A stretch of DNA of 64,000 nt, taken from NCBI GenBank assembly GCA_038207395.1, contig JBBQZW010000002.1, forward strand, positions 69,752 through 133,751, in the 5' to 3' direction. The notes beneath the pieces were generated by a model. The model did no database searches and was not told the DNA's origin. It worked only from the letters and a program-made list of their open reading frames with translations. Positions 1 to 7,873 of this stretch are shown one piece after another. The number at the start of each line of letters is the position of its first letter. The first letter of the stretch is position 1. Origin of the DNA: Minisyncoccia bacterium. GTDB lineage: Bacteria > Patescibacteriota > Minisyncoccia > Phycocordibacterales > Phycocordibacteraceae. Made by a program: the position numbers and the translations under genes.

Positions 1-52
1 TCACGCACAACTCAATCAAAATGAAACTATATCCATCTTAAATCTGTACCAT

Positions 53-517
53 ATGCGCGCATTTACTCTTATCGAAATCCTTGTTGTTATTGGAATGATT
101 GGCATTCTGGCTTCAACCGTTCTGGTGGCTATAAATCCGCTGCATCAGTTTGCTCAAGCCAGAAATACTCAGCGAGTGAGTAATGTACAAGCACTGCTTA
201 ATGCCGTTGGTAACCGAATTGCCGATAATAAAGGAATCTTTCCTGGGGGTTCCGTCTGTTCGCAGGAACTACCCGAAACAGCAACGGTAATAAGTACAAC
301 GAAGTTTAATATTCGCCCTTGCTTGGTGCCGCTATATATTTCTGAACTCCCTACTGATCCGAGTGTGGGTACAAATTCCTGTACAAACGACACGTGTGCC
401 GGTGGCGCGTATGACACAGGCTACACTATTGCTGTAAATGCCTCCCGTCGTATTACGGTATGTGCACCAGAAAGCGCCCATGATGGCATGGGCGCTTCGT
501 ACTGCTTGAGTCGCTAA
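53..517 (+). CDS. type IV pilin-like protein (prepilin-type N-terminal cleavage/methylation domain)
   Basis: N-terminus MRAFTLIEILVVIGMIGILAS matches the prepilin leader plus hydrophobic helix signature (FTLIE...). RBS-like purines upstream. Confidence 0.7.
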   Translation: MRAFTLIEILVVIGMIGILASTVLVAINPLHQFAQARNTQRVSNVQALLNAVGNRIADNKGIFPGGSVCSQELPETATVISTTKFNIRPCLVPLYISELPTDPSVGTNSCTNDTCAGGAYDTGYTIAVNASRRITVCAPESAHDGMGASYCLSR

Positions 518-540
518 CCTGAAACTAGAGACTTGGTACC

Positions 541-1197
541 CTAGATCTTTGTGAGCTCAAGTGAGTCAACAACACTATTCAATAATTCAGGAGATGATGT
601 CCCTATCACGAATGCGGTAAATGACTGGTAAATGAATATACCTGAGTATCGTTCAGTAACTCCTTCTTCGCGCGGCACCAAAGGAGTTGTCTCAAATACG
701 TAGATTGGCCCATACGATTCATTGGTGCTTTTACCCGTTTTCAAATCTTTACGTACGGCGGTCAAATCCATTTTGTGTCCAACAGCACCCTTTTTGCTTG
801 TATAGGCCGTTGTTGAAGCTAGGGTACACGTAATGCTAATGAGTGAGTTGTCGGATCCACAAAAAGCTTCTGTTTGCAGTTTTGCGAACAATTCAAACGT
901 TTTTGGGCGAGCCGATTCTGGATCGCTCTTATACTCATTAATATCAACAAAAGGGAGGAGTTCTCCGTTTACATAGTGCCCTATCGAAACCACTCCAGGA
1001 GCATATTCGTGGGTCGAAAAGGTGCGGGGGTAGTCGAAGGTGTATTGGTCGGTTATAAAGTGCGAATTCTCGGGAAGTGTCTTAAACGCAGAATATGCCC
1101 AGAAACCAAGTGCAATAAGGATAATAACCGCACCGACAGCAATAAAACGGTATTTTTTAAGAAATGACATACTTCTCATCTTCCCATGCTGGCCCAA
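541..1197 (-). CDS. hypothetical membrane-anchored protein
   Basis: Long ORF with an N-terminal transmembrane helix (FIAVGAVIILIALGFWAYSAF). No recognisable domain. Confidence 0.4.
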   Translation of the reverse strand: MGQHGKMRSMSFLKKYRFIAVGAVIILIALGFWAYSAFKTLPENSHFITDQYTFDYPRTFSTHEYAPGVVSIGHYVNGELLPFVDINEYKSDPESARPKTFELFAKLQTEAFCGSDNSLISITCTLASTTAYTSKKGAVGHKMDLTAVRKDLKTGKSTNESYGPIYVFETTPLVPREEGVTERYSGIFIYQSFTAFVIGTSSPELLNSVVDSLELTKI

Positions 1198-1223
1198 AGC
1201 TGCAAGTTTTCTGGTATACAGGA

Positions 1224-1652
1224 CTATCCCCTACCCTCAACGTATTTTTTTAGTTCCTCAAGTACCATGTTCCAGTTCTCACTCGAATGGTCGGCTTTCT
1301 CTTGTGTTTCAACTCCTTCTTGAAAGATTGTTACTTCAGTAAATCCCTCTTTTTCTGCCAATTCATATCTAAGTGTTTGATAATTCTCGGAAGAATCTGA
1401 AGTACCGCTCATACTACTCCAATACGTATACGAAAGTGACCTAGGTGCATCAAATGAAACAACGGTACCTTTATCTTCGTAGGTCTTTCCATCCCACTCA
1501 CCTCGAAAAAATATAGGAGTGTTTGGTTCCCACGTAGTAACGAGATCAGTACCGAAAAAATATTCTTTTACTTGTTCCGGCTTAGTAAGCGCATCCCATA
1601 CTTTTTCGCGTGGTGAATCTATATAAACAGATGCAGATGCTGAGTAGGTCAT
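1224..1652 (-). CDS. SRPBCC superfamily protein (Aha1/polyketide-cyclase-like)
   Basis: Motifs VYIDSPREKVWDALTKPEQVKEYF ... TEVTIFQEG are typical of AHSA1/SRPBCC ligand-binding domain proteins. Confidence 0.55.
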   Translation of the reverse strand: MTYSASASVYIDSPREKVWDALTKPEQVKEYFFGTDLVTTWEPNTPIFFRGEWDGKTYEDKGTVVSFDAPRSLSYTYWSSMSGTSDSSENYQTLRYELAEKEGFTEVTIFQEGVETQEKADHSSENWNMVLEELKKYVEGRG

Positions 1653-1729
1653 GGTGAAGTAATTATTCGTAGTTTCTTAAGTATACGTAACACCTCTATA
1701 AAGAATGGGTGAAGACGCTGGAATCTTTC

Positions 1730-2134
1730 TTATACAAAAAGGAGTATGTTGAAAATCGTCAAAGTTAGTATGGCCGTGATAGTCATTGCCATTCCAACAA
1801 CTCTCCATGGTCCGGTCTTCAAAAATCCGAAACCAATAGCGTGAGCAAACCTGCCAAGTATAAAAAGTACCGCCGTAATGAGTAGGATCGATTGATTCCC
1901 GCCTTGAATCTCATACAGGCCGAGTAGGATTAAGAAGATCGGCGTATATTCACTAAAATTAGAGTGCGCGCGGACCGCTCGTAGGAAGGTCTCGTTTTCA
2001 TTCATTCCTACCGAAGGTCCAATACCTTTTCGTCTCATGGTTATTACCCGTAACGTCAACCCGATAAAAAGTATTGCCAGTAATGAAGCTGAGAGGGTGG
2101 TGATTGGAAGTATCATGTATATATCGTACCTCAT
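1730..2134 (-). CDS. MAPEG family membrane protein
   Basis: About 130 aa with 3-4 TM helices. Conserved RAHxNFxEYxPIFL motif of the MAPEG/YecN family. The real start may be the internal Met at about 2116. Confidence 0.55.
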   Translation of the reverse strand: MRYDIYMILPITTLSASLLAILFIGLTLRVITMRRKGIGPSVGMNENETFLRAVRAHSNFSEYTPIFLILLGLYEIQGGNQSILLITAVLFILGRFAHAIGFGFLKTGPWRVVGMAMTITAILTLTIFNILLFV

Positions 2135-2174
2135 AAAAATACCGTTGGGAGAGCAGGACGATGTTGGACCCTTA

Positions 2175-2546
2175 CTAGATTTTATGTCGACACACCTGCA
2201 CTCCAGCTAATGTAGCGGCTTTATTTAAAGTTAAGATATATGGCTTCCAAGTCTCTTTATCTTGATAGTAAAATTCCATATCAGTAATACCAGCTTCCAG
2301 TATCTGTGATTTAACGAGTTGTATAAGCTCTTGAGTTTCATTTTCAAGGTAATAATCATAATCAGGAATAAAGTCATCTCCTGAGATAAGTCCATATTTT
2401 CCTGAAAGAATATAGAAAAGGGTATCGTTCTCTTTCGCTTTAGATTTTGTAATCTTTATGTGTTCACCTAGGTAGCGCTCGTGAGCTAGTAATAGCTCCG
2501 GGTCAGCGTCCTTATGCTTACTGCATATAGTAATGAATACTTTCAT
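2175..2546 (-). CDS. hypothetical protein (accessory islet)
   Basis: 123 aa ORF, divergent from the 2666 gene. No recognisable family. Confidence 0.4.
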   Translation of the reverse strand: MKVFITICSKHKDADPELLLAHERYLGEHIKITKSKAKENDTLFYILSGKYGLISGDDFIPDYDYYLENETQELIQLVKSQILEAGITDMEFYYQDKETWKPYILTLNKAATLAGVQVCRHKI

Positions 2547-2665
2547 GTTTAAATTTTACCAAATATTGCTGACAGACTGGACGCACCTCACGTTGGAACC
2601 TTTATCAAACATGTGATAGGTTTTGTCTAGACTACCGACAACTTGAACATATTAGGGAGATTGTT

Positions 2666-2950
2666 ATGCCCGACAACTCTTTGTCGCAAGAGCGTATTGA
2701 TTGGATTCTATCAGAAGTCAGGCGAATTGGATCAACGTACAGAAAACCAGATGGTAGCGATCCAAGTCAGTGGAATCACAAGGCACAGCGCAGGCGCTTT
2801 GGCGGTGCATTTCCAAGTGATCTTGGGGCCTCAAAACGAGATCAAACAATTACTCGCGATATGTATCAAATGGTTAAGCTTGGGTATCTTGATCGTGTAA
2901 CCACAACTTACTTACCTGGTTTTGTGATAGCCCAAAGAAAGCAACGTTGA
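2666..2950 (+). CDS. hypothetical small protein (accessory islet)
   Basis: 94 aa ORF followed by a clean rho-independent terminator. Confidence 0.4.
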   Translation: MPDNSLSQERIDWILSEVRRIGSTYRKPDGSDPSQWNHKAQRRRFGGAFPSDLGASKRDQTITRDMYQMVKLGYLDRVTTTYLPGFVIAQRKQR

Positions 2951-2954
2951 TTCT

Positions 2955-2998
2955 CGCCCAACAGGTCGCCTGACTCTGTTGGGCGATTCTGTTTTATT
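2955..2998 (+). terminator. rho-independent terminator
   Basis: CGCCCAACAG-(11 nt)-CTGTTGGGCG hairpin followed by ATTCTGTTTTATT. Confidence 0.65.
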
Positions 2999-3033
2999 GC
3001 TGGGGTATGGGACGATGTTAGAACTTTTTATAC

Positions 3034-3061
3034 TTGACAAGTATGTGCTATATAGTGTAAT
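3034..3061 (+). promoter_or_regulatory. candidate sigma70-like promoter for the 3101 gene
   Basis: TTGACA-16 bp-TGTAAT upstream of the GAGGAG RBS and the ATG at 3101. Confidence 0.3.
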
Positions 3062-3100
3062 GTTTACTTGGCTTTAACCTGAACATTGAGGAGTCCATCT

Positions 3101-3403
3101 ATGCCTGGCTCGCCCAGCAACAACGTGCTTTTCGCCGAGTGCGCCAATCCCGGCATGCCCGAACTTACCCTTCCAGGTCTGGTCGTGGTCGCCAGCGGCG
3201 TCATGATCGACGAGAAGCCCGACACCTACGATGCCGCTCGGGAATATCTGTTCCAGGACGACTGTCTAGTCGCGATGATCAACCGCGGTCGTTCGCCCAT
3301 CGGCGTTCTCGTCGAGAACAGCAACACTTTCGAAAGCGTGAGCCACGAAGGATTCGAGGCCATGTTCATCGTCGAACGTTTTCTCGCCGACCAGGCTCGC
3401 TAA
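3101..3403 (+). CDS. hypothetical protein, GC-rich (likely horizontally acquired)
   Basis: ATG at 3101 preceded by GAGGAG. The ORF is about 60% GC against a local background of about 45%. The overlapping Arg-rich frame is the usual high-GC off-frame artefact. Own promoter and terminator. Confidence 0.45.
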   Translation: MPGSPSNNVLFAECANPGMPELTLPGLVVVASGVMIDEKPDTYDAAREYLFQDDCLVAMINRGRSPIGVLVENSNTFESVSHEGFEAMFIVERFLADQAR

Positions 3404-3426
3404 CCGCCTTTCAACATTCCTATGGA

Positions 3427-3450
3427 AACCGTTGGGGGCGGTTTTCTTTT
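3427..3450 (+). terminator. rho-independent terminator
   Basis: AACCG-TTGGGGG-CGGTT hairpin followed by TTCTTTT. Confidence 0.6.
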
Positions 3451-3479
3451 GCATACTATAGTTAGCTGGCGTACTGGGA
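3450..3479 (+). repeat. direct repeat, copy 1 (TGCATACTATAGTTAGCTGGC plus diverged extension)
   Basis: A 21 bp perfect match, about 30 bp with 3 mismatches, to 3976-4005. Sits immediately 3' of a terminator. Confidence 0.6.
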
Positions 3480-3502
3480 CTATATTGGAACCATGCTTGC
3501 TA

Positions 3503-3530
3503 TTGACATTTCCATATAAATAGGTAATAT
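3503..3530 (+). promoter_or_regulatory. candidate promoter for the 3573 gene
   Basis: TTGACA-16 bp-TAATAT, 40 bp upstream of the GGAGA RBS. Confidence 0.35.
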
Positions 3531-3572
3531 AGTATGTGATACGATCTTTTCACCTAGATTTGGAGACGTTCA

Positions 3573-3938
3573 ATGAATAGCGAAATCCAGATGTGCGTGG
3601 AAGAGCTCAAAAAGGTTTATGGAGACGATGGTGTCACTTCTTTGGGGTGCCACCATACCAAGCACTTCTTTTGGAGGCTTGGCTGTGTCTGCAAGACTTT
3701 CGATGACTTCTTCTACGTCCTGACAAACGTTAAGAACAAGCATAGGAGCAATCGGCTCATGGTGTTTGTTCGCGGCGCGATTGCTCAGGCAGAAACACTC
3801 GAGCAAGTAAGAGCCATTTGGCCTTTCATGCCGACTTCCTGGAAAGAAGAGAAGCGCATTCTCCTTCGGAAAGGAGCAGACGCTTCGACTTCTCAAGAGG
3901 AGCTTTACACTCTCCTCTCAGACTTTGAAGTCATCTAA
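3573..3938 (+). CDS. hypothetical protein with Cys/His cluster (accessory islet)
   Basis: 121 aa with RBS GGAGA. N-terminal C..C/HH/C.C cluster (MCVEEL...GCHHTKH...GCVC). The antisense ORF 3570-3896 looks like low-complexity junk. Confidence 0.4.
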   Translation: MNSEIQMCVEELKKVYGDDGVTSLGCHHTKHFFWRLGCVCKTFDDFFYVLTNVKNKHRSNRLMVFVRGAIAQAETLEQVRAIWPFMPTSWKEEKRILLRKGADASTSQEELYTLLSDFEVI

Positions 3939-3945
3939 TTTGCAA

Positions 3946-3972
3946 CCCCAGGCAATTCGGCCTGGGGTTTTA
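3946..3972 (+). terminator. rho-independent terminator
   Basis: CCCCAGGC-AATTCG-GCCTGGGG hairpin followed by TTTT. Confidence 0.65.
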
Positions 3973-3975
3973 CAA

Positions 3976-4005
3976 TGCATACTATAGTTAGCTGGCAGAC
4001 TAGGA
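3976..4005 (+). repeat. direct repeat, copy 2
   Basis: Matches 3450-3479. Also placed right after a terminator, 36 bp upstream of yebC. Confidence 0.6.
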
Positions 4006-4041
4006 ATCGAAGCCTCATCTCGCGTTTGATATAGTGAGTCT

Positions 4042-4608
4042 ATGTCAGGACATAATAAATGGTCACAGATTCAGCGGCAAAAAGGAGTTACGGATGCGGC
4101 AAAAAGCCGGACATTCGCACGGTTCTCGCGACTTATTACTCTCGAATCAAAGAAATCCGCAGGAAATCTTACTTCACCCGCGCTTAGTACGGCAATAAGC
4201 CGTGCAAAGGCGGTAAATATGCCAAAGGATAGTATTGACCGGGCTGTTGCAAAAGGAATAAGTAAGGATGCGGGAGAACTTGATCAGGTTAATTATGAAT
4301 TCTATGGGCCAGCGGGTGTAGCCATAATCATTTCAGCGCTTACAGACAACCGAAACCGCACGACTCAGGAAATAAAACACCTCATTACAAAAAATGGATT
4401 TGAGCTTGGTACTCCAGGTAGTGCAGCGTGGGCATTCACTAAATTTGCTGATGGGAGTTTTTCTCCAAACGAACCACTGATGGAGGTCACAGGAACAGAC
4501 GAAGAAAAGCTTGGGCAATTACTTACACTTTTTGAAGAACAGGAAGACGTCCAAGACATTTGGACAAACGCTGCTGGATTTTCTTCAGTGCGTGAAGAAA
4601 GTAACTGA
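4042..4608 (+). CDS. yebC: YebC/PmpR family DNA-binding regulatory protein (short form)
   Basis: N-terminus MSGHNKWSQIQRQKG is the YebC signature. Followed by ruvC as in the conserved yebC-ruvC arrangement. Confidence 0.8.
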   Translation: MSGHNKWSQIQRQKGVTDAAKSRTFARFSRLITLESKKSAGNLTSPALSTAISRAKAVNMPKDSIDRAVAKGISKDAGELDQVNYEFYGPAGVAIIISALTDNRNRTTQEIKHLITKNGFELGTPGSAAWAFTKFADGSFSPNEPLMEVTGTDEEKLGQLLTLFEEQEDVQDIWTNAAGFSSVREESN

Positions 4609-4610
4609 GT

Positions 4611-5090
4611 ATGAGAGTACTAGGTATTGACCCTGGGTATGACCGCTTAGGACTTGCAGTTCTTGAAGGTGACCCAAGTCGCCCCACCCTTATATGGAGT
4701 GATTGTTTTTTACCTCCGAAAGGGTTGCGGGAAATGCGTTTGGCAGAAGTATATAGCGCAATTACTTCAGCAATTCTTCAGCACAAACCAGACAAACTAT
4801 CTTTGGAAACGCTCTTTTTCAGCACTAACAAAAAGACTGCTTTGGCAGTAGCGGAATCACGCGGTGCAATTCTTGCTGCCGCTGGAGCTCAGGGTATTTT
4901 CGTGTCTGAATACAGTCCCGCTCAGGTAAAACTAGCGGTTACGGGCTACGGTTCATCAGATAAGCATGCTATCGCACAGATGATTCCCCATCTCGTAACT
5001 CTTTCTGTTCGTAAACGTCTGGATGACGAGCTTGATGCTATTGCAGTAGCCATAGCAGGGCTCTCAGACAGGAATCAACCGATACGGTAA
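4611..5090 (+). CDS. ruvC: crossover junction endodeoxyribonuclease RuvC
   Basis: MRVLGIDPGYDRLGLAV... RuvC N-terminal catalytic motif. About 160 aa. Confidence 0.85.
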   Translation: MRVLGIDPGYDRLGLAVLEGDPSRPTLIWSDCFLPPKGLREMRLAEVYSAITSAILQHKPDKLSLETLFFSTNKKTALAVAESRGAILAAAGAQGIFVSEYSPAQVKLAVTGYGSSDKHAIAQMIPHLVTLSVRKRLDDELDAIAVAIAGLSDRNQPIR

Positions 5091-5195
5091 TCCACAGAAA
5101 ACTAGCTGGGTACTTGCAAAGAATTTGAATTTTGCTCAAATAGATAAGCTTCCCTGTAGCACTGTGGAAATTACAAATGGTAACCGAGAATCCGT

Positions 5196-5366
5196 ATGGA
5201 TATGCATGATGACGATGAACTAGAAGGAGGAGTGCTTCCATTAGGCGGAGGCTCTCTTCTTGACGACGAAGATCCTGAGGTTGGATTAGTGCCTGATGAT
5301 GAAGAAGATGAGGACCCTCTTTTAAATGGCTTCAGTGCTGTTGAAGAGGATGAGACTGGATTCTAA
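5196..5366 (+). CDS. small highly acidic peptide (56 aa), hypothetical
   Basis: Uninterrupted ORF MDMHDDDELEGGVLPLGGGSLLDDEDPEVGLVPDDEEDEDPLLNGFSAVEEDETGF. Below the ORF-track cutoff. Followed by a perfect palindrome. Confidence 0.25.
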   Translation: MDMHDDDELEGGVLPLGGGSLLDDEDPEVGLVPDDEEDEDPLLNGFSAVEEDETGF

Positions 5367-5384
5367 ATTCTCTTGAATGACGTA

Positions 5385-5416
5385 GCATAAACGACCCTTC
5401 AAAGGGTCGTTTATGC
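5385..5416. terminator. perfect 15 bp palindromic hairpin (terminator or regulatory site)
   Basis: GCATAAACGACCCTT-CA-AAGGGTCGTTTATGC. No U-tract on either side, so it may be a binding site rather than an intrinsic terminator. Confidence 0.4.
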
Positions 5417-5429
5417 TATCCTTCCTATA

Positions 5430-7616
5430 ATGTCGCGTAAGTCTCGAAAAAAAACAAAAGAGGGTTCTGAGTCTTTTTTTCATCGACTATTTCACGAGCC
5501 AAACATTTATTTACGCGCCACGTACGTGCTTTCAGGTCTCGTCTTTCTATTTATAGGCGCTAGTGTTTTGTGGGTTGCTTTTACTCCCATCCCCGCACTC
5601 AACTCATTTGATTCGCGAAAAGTGGCAGACTCTACAAAAATTTATGACCGCACCGGAACCACAATTCTTTTTGATCTAAACCACAATATGAAGCGGCAGA
5701 TTGTACCGCTCGACCAAATTTCTCCCAATCTTCAGCATGCAACGATCGTTATCGAAGATGCTCAGTTCTACAAGCATGGTGGTATAAGTTTTACCGGCAT
5801 CGCCCGTTCACTTATCACAGACATTGTACGCCTTTCCTATGCACAAGGTGGTTCTACCCTTACTCAACAGGTGGTAAAAAATACCATTCTCACCGGAAAA
5901 AAGAGTGTGACTCGAAAACTTCAGGAATGGATTCTTGCTATTCGTCTTGAGCAAAAATATTCAAAGACTCAGATTCTTGAGTTTTACTTTAACGTTACCC
6001 CTTATGGGGGAACTATTTATGGTGCGCAAGCGGCAAGTCGTTCGTTCTTCGCAAAGGATGCAAAAGATCTTGATATCGCAGAAGCAGCATATCTTGCAGC
6101 AATCCCTCAACTCCCCACGTATTACTCTCCGTATGGAAATAATCGTGCTCAGCTTGATGCACGTAAAAATATGGTTCTCGATCGAATGCTTCAGTATGAA
6201 TACATCACAAAAGATGAGTATGATGCTGCTCGAAAAGAAGTTGTCGTCTTCAGTCGTCAACAAACAAACTCAATCATCGCTCCGCATTTTGTCTTCTACC
6301 TCGAACAACAACTTGAAGCAAAATATGGTCCAGATGTTGCCACACAAGGTCTAACTGTTATTTCAACCATAGACGTTGATCTTCAAAAACAAGCTGACAC
6401 CTTAGTAAACAAGTACGCCATAGCAAACTCTAAGCGCTATAACGCAAGTAACGCTTCCCTTGTCGCTATTGATCCTAAGACTGGTCAGATTCTCTCTATG
6501 GTTGGGTCACGCGACTATTTCGATACTCAAATCGACGGTAACTACAACGCAGCCCTTGCACTTCGCCAACCAGGATCTTCTTTTAAGCCTTTTGTGTACG
6601 CAGCAGCACTTCAGAAAGGATATACTCCCGATACCGTAATCTTCGATCTTCCTACTCAGTTTTCTACAACATGTTCGGTGAGCGATAATCTTAACGGTAC
6701 CCCTCCTTGCTACTCTCCTGGAAACTTTGACAACAAGTTCCGTGGTCCAATGACCTTCACAACTGCATTAGCGCAGTCAATTAATGTTCCTGCAGTAAAG
6801 ACACTCTATCTTGCTGGTATCTCAAATGTGCTTACGCTGGCAAAAAATATGGGCCTTACCACACTTGGCCAACCAAAAGACTATGGTCTCTCTCTAGCAC
6901 TTGGAGCTGCTGAAGTTCGCCTCTTAGACATAACAAGTGCGTACACTGCGTTTGCAAACGAAGGTGTCCTAAACGCTCCGACAGGTATTTTAAAAGTAAC
7001 TGATGCAAATGGTACGGTTGTAGATGAGTATAAGAGCGCGTCTCGCCAAGTTATTGATCCTCAGATCGCTCGTGAAATATCAGCAATGCTCTCAAGTAAC
7101 GAGGCACGTTTCCCTGAATACCCAGCGAATAATCCATTCCACTTCCCTGGATATGATGTTGCTGCGAAGACCGGTACCACAAACGAATCTCGCGATGCGT
7201 GGACTATTGGCTACACTCCAACAATTGCTATTGGTGTCTGGGCTGGAAATAACGACAATACTCCGATGGTAAAGGAGATTGCTGGATATATTGTTGCTCC
7301 TATGTGGCATGAGGTAATGCAGTACGGAATCACTAAATACCCTCAAGCATTCTTTACGGCTCCTGACCCAACTCCTGACTCAGTCCCTGGTGCGTTACGA
7401 GGACTTTATAGCGACGGAGTTTCAGCTCATGACATTTTGTACTGGGTAAACAAAGATAATCCTCTTGGGGGAGGAAACTCTAGGGGTGATGGTCAATTCC
7501 CGTATTGGGAATACCCTATCAGTGCAGGGTATGGGCTAAACTCTTCTACAACACCCCCTACTGCTACAAGTACTGATCCAGCTATACCTACGCCAGAGCT
7601 GGTTCCAAACCCTTAG
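5430..7616 (+). CDS. class A penicillin-binding protein (PBP1A-type transglycosylase/transpeptidase)
   Basis: N-terminal TM helix. GT51-like region (EDAQFY.HGG, GGSTLTQQ). Transpeptidase motifs SSFKPF (SxxK) and KTGTT. Confidence 0.9.
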   Translation: MSRKSRKKTKEGSESFFHRLFHEPNIYLRATYVLSGLVFLFIGASVLWVAFTPIPALNSFDSRKVADSTKIYDRTGTTILFDLNHNMKRQIVPLDQISPNLQHATIVIEDAQFYKHGGISFTGIARSLITDIVRLSYAQGGSTLTQQVVKNTILTGKKSVTRKLQEWILAIRLEQKYSKTQILEFYFNVTPYGGTIYGAQAASRSFFAKDAKDLDIAEAAYLAAIPQLPTYYSPYGNNRAQLDARKNMVLDRMLQYEYITKDEYDAARKEVVVFSRQQTNSIIAPHFVFYLEQQLEAKYGPDVATQGLTVISTIDVDLQKQADTLVNKYAIANSKRYNASNASLVAIDPKTGQILSMVGSRDYFDTQIDGNYNAALALRQPGSSFKPFVYAAALQKGYTPDTVIFDLPTQFSTTCSVSDNLNGTPPCYSPGNFDNKFRGPMTFTTALAQSINVPAVKTLYLAGISNVLTLAKNMGLTTLGQPKDYGLSLALGAAEVRLLDITSAYTAFANEGVLNAPTGILKVTDANGTVVDEYKSASRQVIDPQIAREISAMLSSNEARFPEYPANNPFHFPGYDVAAKTGTTNESRDAWTIGYTPTIAIGVWAGNNDNTPMVKEIAGYIVAPMWHEVMQYGITKYPQAFFTAPDPTPDSVPGALRGLYSDGVSAHDILYWVNKDNPLGGGNSRGDGQFPYWEYPISAGYGLNSSTTPPTATSTDPAIPTPELVPNP

Positions 7617-7867
7617 CGAATTGTAGTGATTGAAATACCGTTCTTTGAACACTCGTCTATAAGACGGGTGTTGTGTATATGAAGCGCTGATTTTACTACG
7701 GGAGGAACAGTAACAGTAACAGTTCCATCTTTAAAGAGTATTTGGTTTGCACGAATAGGTACTGAAAGTGTTTTTGAAATAATACCTGCAATAATGTGCC
7801 TATCAGTAGATTCTTTAAGTCCCGGTATGGGGAGTCGAGCAATAAGATCTCTAATGCTCTTTTCCAT
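7613..7867 (-). CDS. DciA-like (DUF721) small protein
   Basis: Directly downstream of dnaN. KDGTVTVTVPPVVKSALHIHNTRLIDECSK resembles the DUF721/DciA motif (dG.L.v.v.s..wa.eL...). Confidence 0.45.
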   Translation of the reverse strand: MEKSIRDLIARLPIPGLKESTDRHIIAGIISKTLSVPIRANQILFKDGTVTVTVPPVVKSALHIHNTRLIDECSKNGISITTIR

Positions 7868-7873
7868 AGCGTA

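Noticed and set aside
3139-3465. 108 aa Arg-rich ORF overlapping the GC-rich gene
   Set aside because: Its composition (R/S/G-rich, RRHDRREARHLR...) is the typical off-frame translation of a high-GC coding region. The 3101-3403 frame has an RBS and a sensible composition.
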